DNA of 64,000 nt. Origin: Candidatus Latescibacterota bacterium. GTDB lineage: Bacteria; Latescibacterota; UBA2968. This document shows positions 61,926 through 64,000 of the stretch, in pieces. The stretch's first letter is position 1. Every line of letters starts with the position of its first letter. The notes beneath the pieces were generated by a model that was not told the DNA's origin, searched no databases, and saw only the letters and a list, made by a program, of their open reading frames with translations. The position numbers and the translations under genes were made by a program. Location of the stretch: assembly GCA_965198115.1 (NCBI GenBank), contig OZ240241.1, positions 4,544,001 through 4,608,000 on the forward strand. The letters are read 5' to 3'.

Positions 61926-62640
61926 ATGTCCGACTTCTCACCACGCCAAAAAATCGCTGTCCTCATGATCGCTCTTGGCGAAGAGGCCACTGCCGAGATC
62001 ATGAAGCACTTGAGCGACAACGACGTCGAGACGATCGCCCAGGCGTTGTCGGAACTCGATACGGTTTCGACCGATCAAATGGATGCCGTCCTCGAGGAAT
62101 TCGAGGAGCTGCTGAGGTCGGGTGTTGGGGCCGACGAAGGAGGTCCAGCTTTTGCACGTAGCGTCCTCGAGAAAGCCGTCGGCGAGGAGAAGGCCAATCA
62201 GATGCTCCGCGACGTCGACGAGCGTCAATCCCGCTCCTTCACAGCCCTCGAGAACATCGCTCCCTACGAGCTCGCCACCATCGTCGCCAAAGAGCATCCC
62301 CAGACGATCGCCGTCATCCTATCGCAACTCGAGCCAGGGATAGCTGCCGAAGTCTTCAACCATCTGTCGGTTGAGCAGCAAACCGACGTCGCCAACCGAA
62401 TGGCGCGTGTCGAGCAAATCTCGCCACAAGTACTCGACGAGCTCGAACGGACGCTTTCCGATGAGCTGAAAACCTTCGTATCCGAGCGGGTCACGCACGT
62501 CCCCGGCGTTGACGTCCTGTCCGAAATGCTCGACAACGCCGGCCGCACGACAGAGTCCCGTATCCTCAGTGACATCGACAGCCAGGATCCCGAACTGGCC
62601 GAGCGAATTCGAAATCGGATGTACACGTTCGACAGTCTTG
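61926..62640 (+). pseudogene. fliG: Flagellar motor switch protein FliG, interrupted by IS256
   Basis: QKIAVLMIALGEE, EHPQTIAVILSQL, DPELAERIRNRMYTFD; the IS begins at 62641. Confidence 0.9.
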
Positions 62641-64000
62641 GAGCTATAATCAAAAGGTGTGGAAAAAGAGAAAGGGCGACCCTACCCTTCCCGTGAGATA
62701 GTTGATTCACACAAAACCGGGTGAGAGGCCCGGTTGGGAAGGAGGATCGCCATGAAGGAACATACGCATAGAGCCCCATTGAAGTCCATGCCGACGTGGG
62801 AGACGGTTGACGATTGGATCCGTGAAGAGATCCAGGGCCGGTTCCAGTCCATTCTGGAGGAGGAGGCGACCGCGTTCTTGGGCCGGTCGTGGTATGAGCG
62901 CCGAGCCGAGGTCGATAGCTCCAGGGGCTACAGGAACGGCTACGGCAAGCCCCGGCGTCTCTCGACGAGCTGCGGAACGATCAAGGTCCGGCGTCCCCGG
63001 GTTCGTGGTCTGGAAGAGCGGTTTGAAAGCCGCATCCTCCCCCTGTTCGCCCGGAGAACCAGGGCCATTGGAGATCTGCTTCCCGACCTTTATCTCCACG
63101 GTCTCTCCCAGGGCGACTTCGAGTTGTCTTTGCGTGCGCTGCTCGGTGATGGCGCGCCGCTTTCGCCGACCTCGATCGCTCGTCTTCGAGGGAAGTGGGA
63201 GGTCGACTTCCAGGACTGGAAAGAAAGGCGTCTGGATAATCGCGAACTGGTCTACGCCTGGGCTGATGGCATCTACGTCAAAGCCGGGCTCGAGCGCGAG
63301 AAGGCGTGTCTGCTGGTCGTGATCGGCGCGATGAGCGACGGCAGCAAGGAGATCCTGGCGATAGAACCCGGTTATCGAGAGTCTACAGAATCCTGGCTCA
63401 CGGTGCTCCGGGATCTCCGGGATCGCGGGCTCGAACATCCTGTCCTGATCGCCGCGGACGGGAATATGGGCATCTGGGCGGCCGTTGATCAGGTCTGGCC
63501 AGAGAGCCGGCAACAACGGTGCTGGAACCACAAGATCCTCAACGTGCTCGACAAGGTCGCCAAGCGTGCACAGGCTGAAGCCCGCGCACTGCTCGTCCAG
63601 ATCCCCTATGCCGGCACGAAAAAGGAGGCCGAGAAGCTCCGGAAACGCTTTGCCGCACGGTATCGCTCACAGTTCCCTGCCGCCGTGGAGACGCTCGAAA
63701 GAGACTGGGATCGGATGGTCACGTTCTACGACTTCCCGAAGGAACACTGGAAACACCTGAGAACCACGAACGTCGTCGAGAGCCCCTTTGCTTCCGTTCG
63801 GCTTCGCACAAACGCCGCCAGGCGATTCAAGAAAGTCAGGAACGCCACGACTCTCATCTGGCGTACGCTCAAGGTCGCAGAGAGCCGATTCAGGAAACTC
63901 ACCGCGCCACACTTGCTACAACAAGTCTACGATCAGAAACACTCAACCGAACCGCAGGTCGAAGCCGGGAAGATGGCCGCCTGATTTCTTTTACACACCT
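62641..64000 (+). mobile_element. IS256-family insertion sequence (right end runs off the window)
   Basis: Left end GAGCTATAATCAAAAGGTGTG; window ends in TTTACACACCT, the start of the matching right IR. Confidence 0.93.
62752..63984 (+). CDS. IS256-family (Mutator-type) transposase
   Basis: YRNGY, YAWADGIY, AADGNMG, QRCWNHK, LRTTNVVESPF. Confidence 0.95.
   Translation: MKEHTHRAPLKSMPTWETVDDWIREEIQGRFQSILEEEATAFLGRSWYERRAEVDSSRGYRNGYGKPRRLSTSCGTIKVRRPRVRGLEERFESRILPLFARRTRAIGDLLPDLYLHGLSQGDFELSLRALLGDGAPLSPTSIARLRGKWEVDFQDWKERRLDNRELVYAWADGIYVKAGLEREKACLLVVIGAMSDGSKEILAIEPGYRESTESWLTVLRDLRDRGLEHPVLIAADGNMGIWAAVDQVWPESRQQRCWNHKILNVLDKVAKRAQAEARALLVQIPYAGTKKEAEKLRKRFAARYRSQFPAAVETLERDWDRMVTFYDFPKEHWKHLRTTNVVESPFASVRLRTNAARRFKKVRNATTLIWRTLKVAESRFRKLTAPHLLQQVYDQKHSTEPQVEAGKMAA

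Noticed and set aside
59446-64000. Bona fide composite transposon
   Set aside because: The outer end of the left copy is deleted and no shared target duplication is visible.

Overview
A GC-rich bacterial chromosomal window. GWxTD and DUF6785 proteins, three sulfatases and five PhyH-family oxygenases suggest a Latescibacterota-like organism (inference only). Most genes are catabolic or envelope genes. There is an OmpR/RstA-like two-component locus with Spy/CpxP-like neighbours and a ParD-like/PIN toxin-antitoxin pair. The region is heavily disrupted by ISL3, IS630, two IS256 copies, a 765-bp non-coding TGT...ACA element and about a dozen frameshifts. No rRNA, tRNA or CRISPR array was seen. Strongest leads: (1) a ~320-nt structured RNA candidate with its own promoter, terminator and kissing loops (28200-28552, minus); (2) a family of inverted tandem-repeat cassettes at gene junctions, one still carrying a GxxExxY nuclease remnant; (3) four PhyH-fold enzymes with H-S-G in place of H-x-D, as in Fe/2OG halogenases; (4) a secreted protein with a temptin-like domain carrying a CxxCH motif. 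All family calls come from motif recognition by eye; no searches were run.
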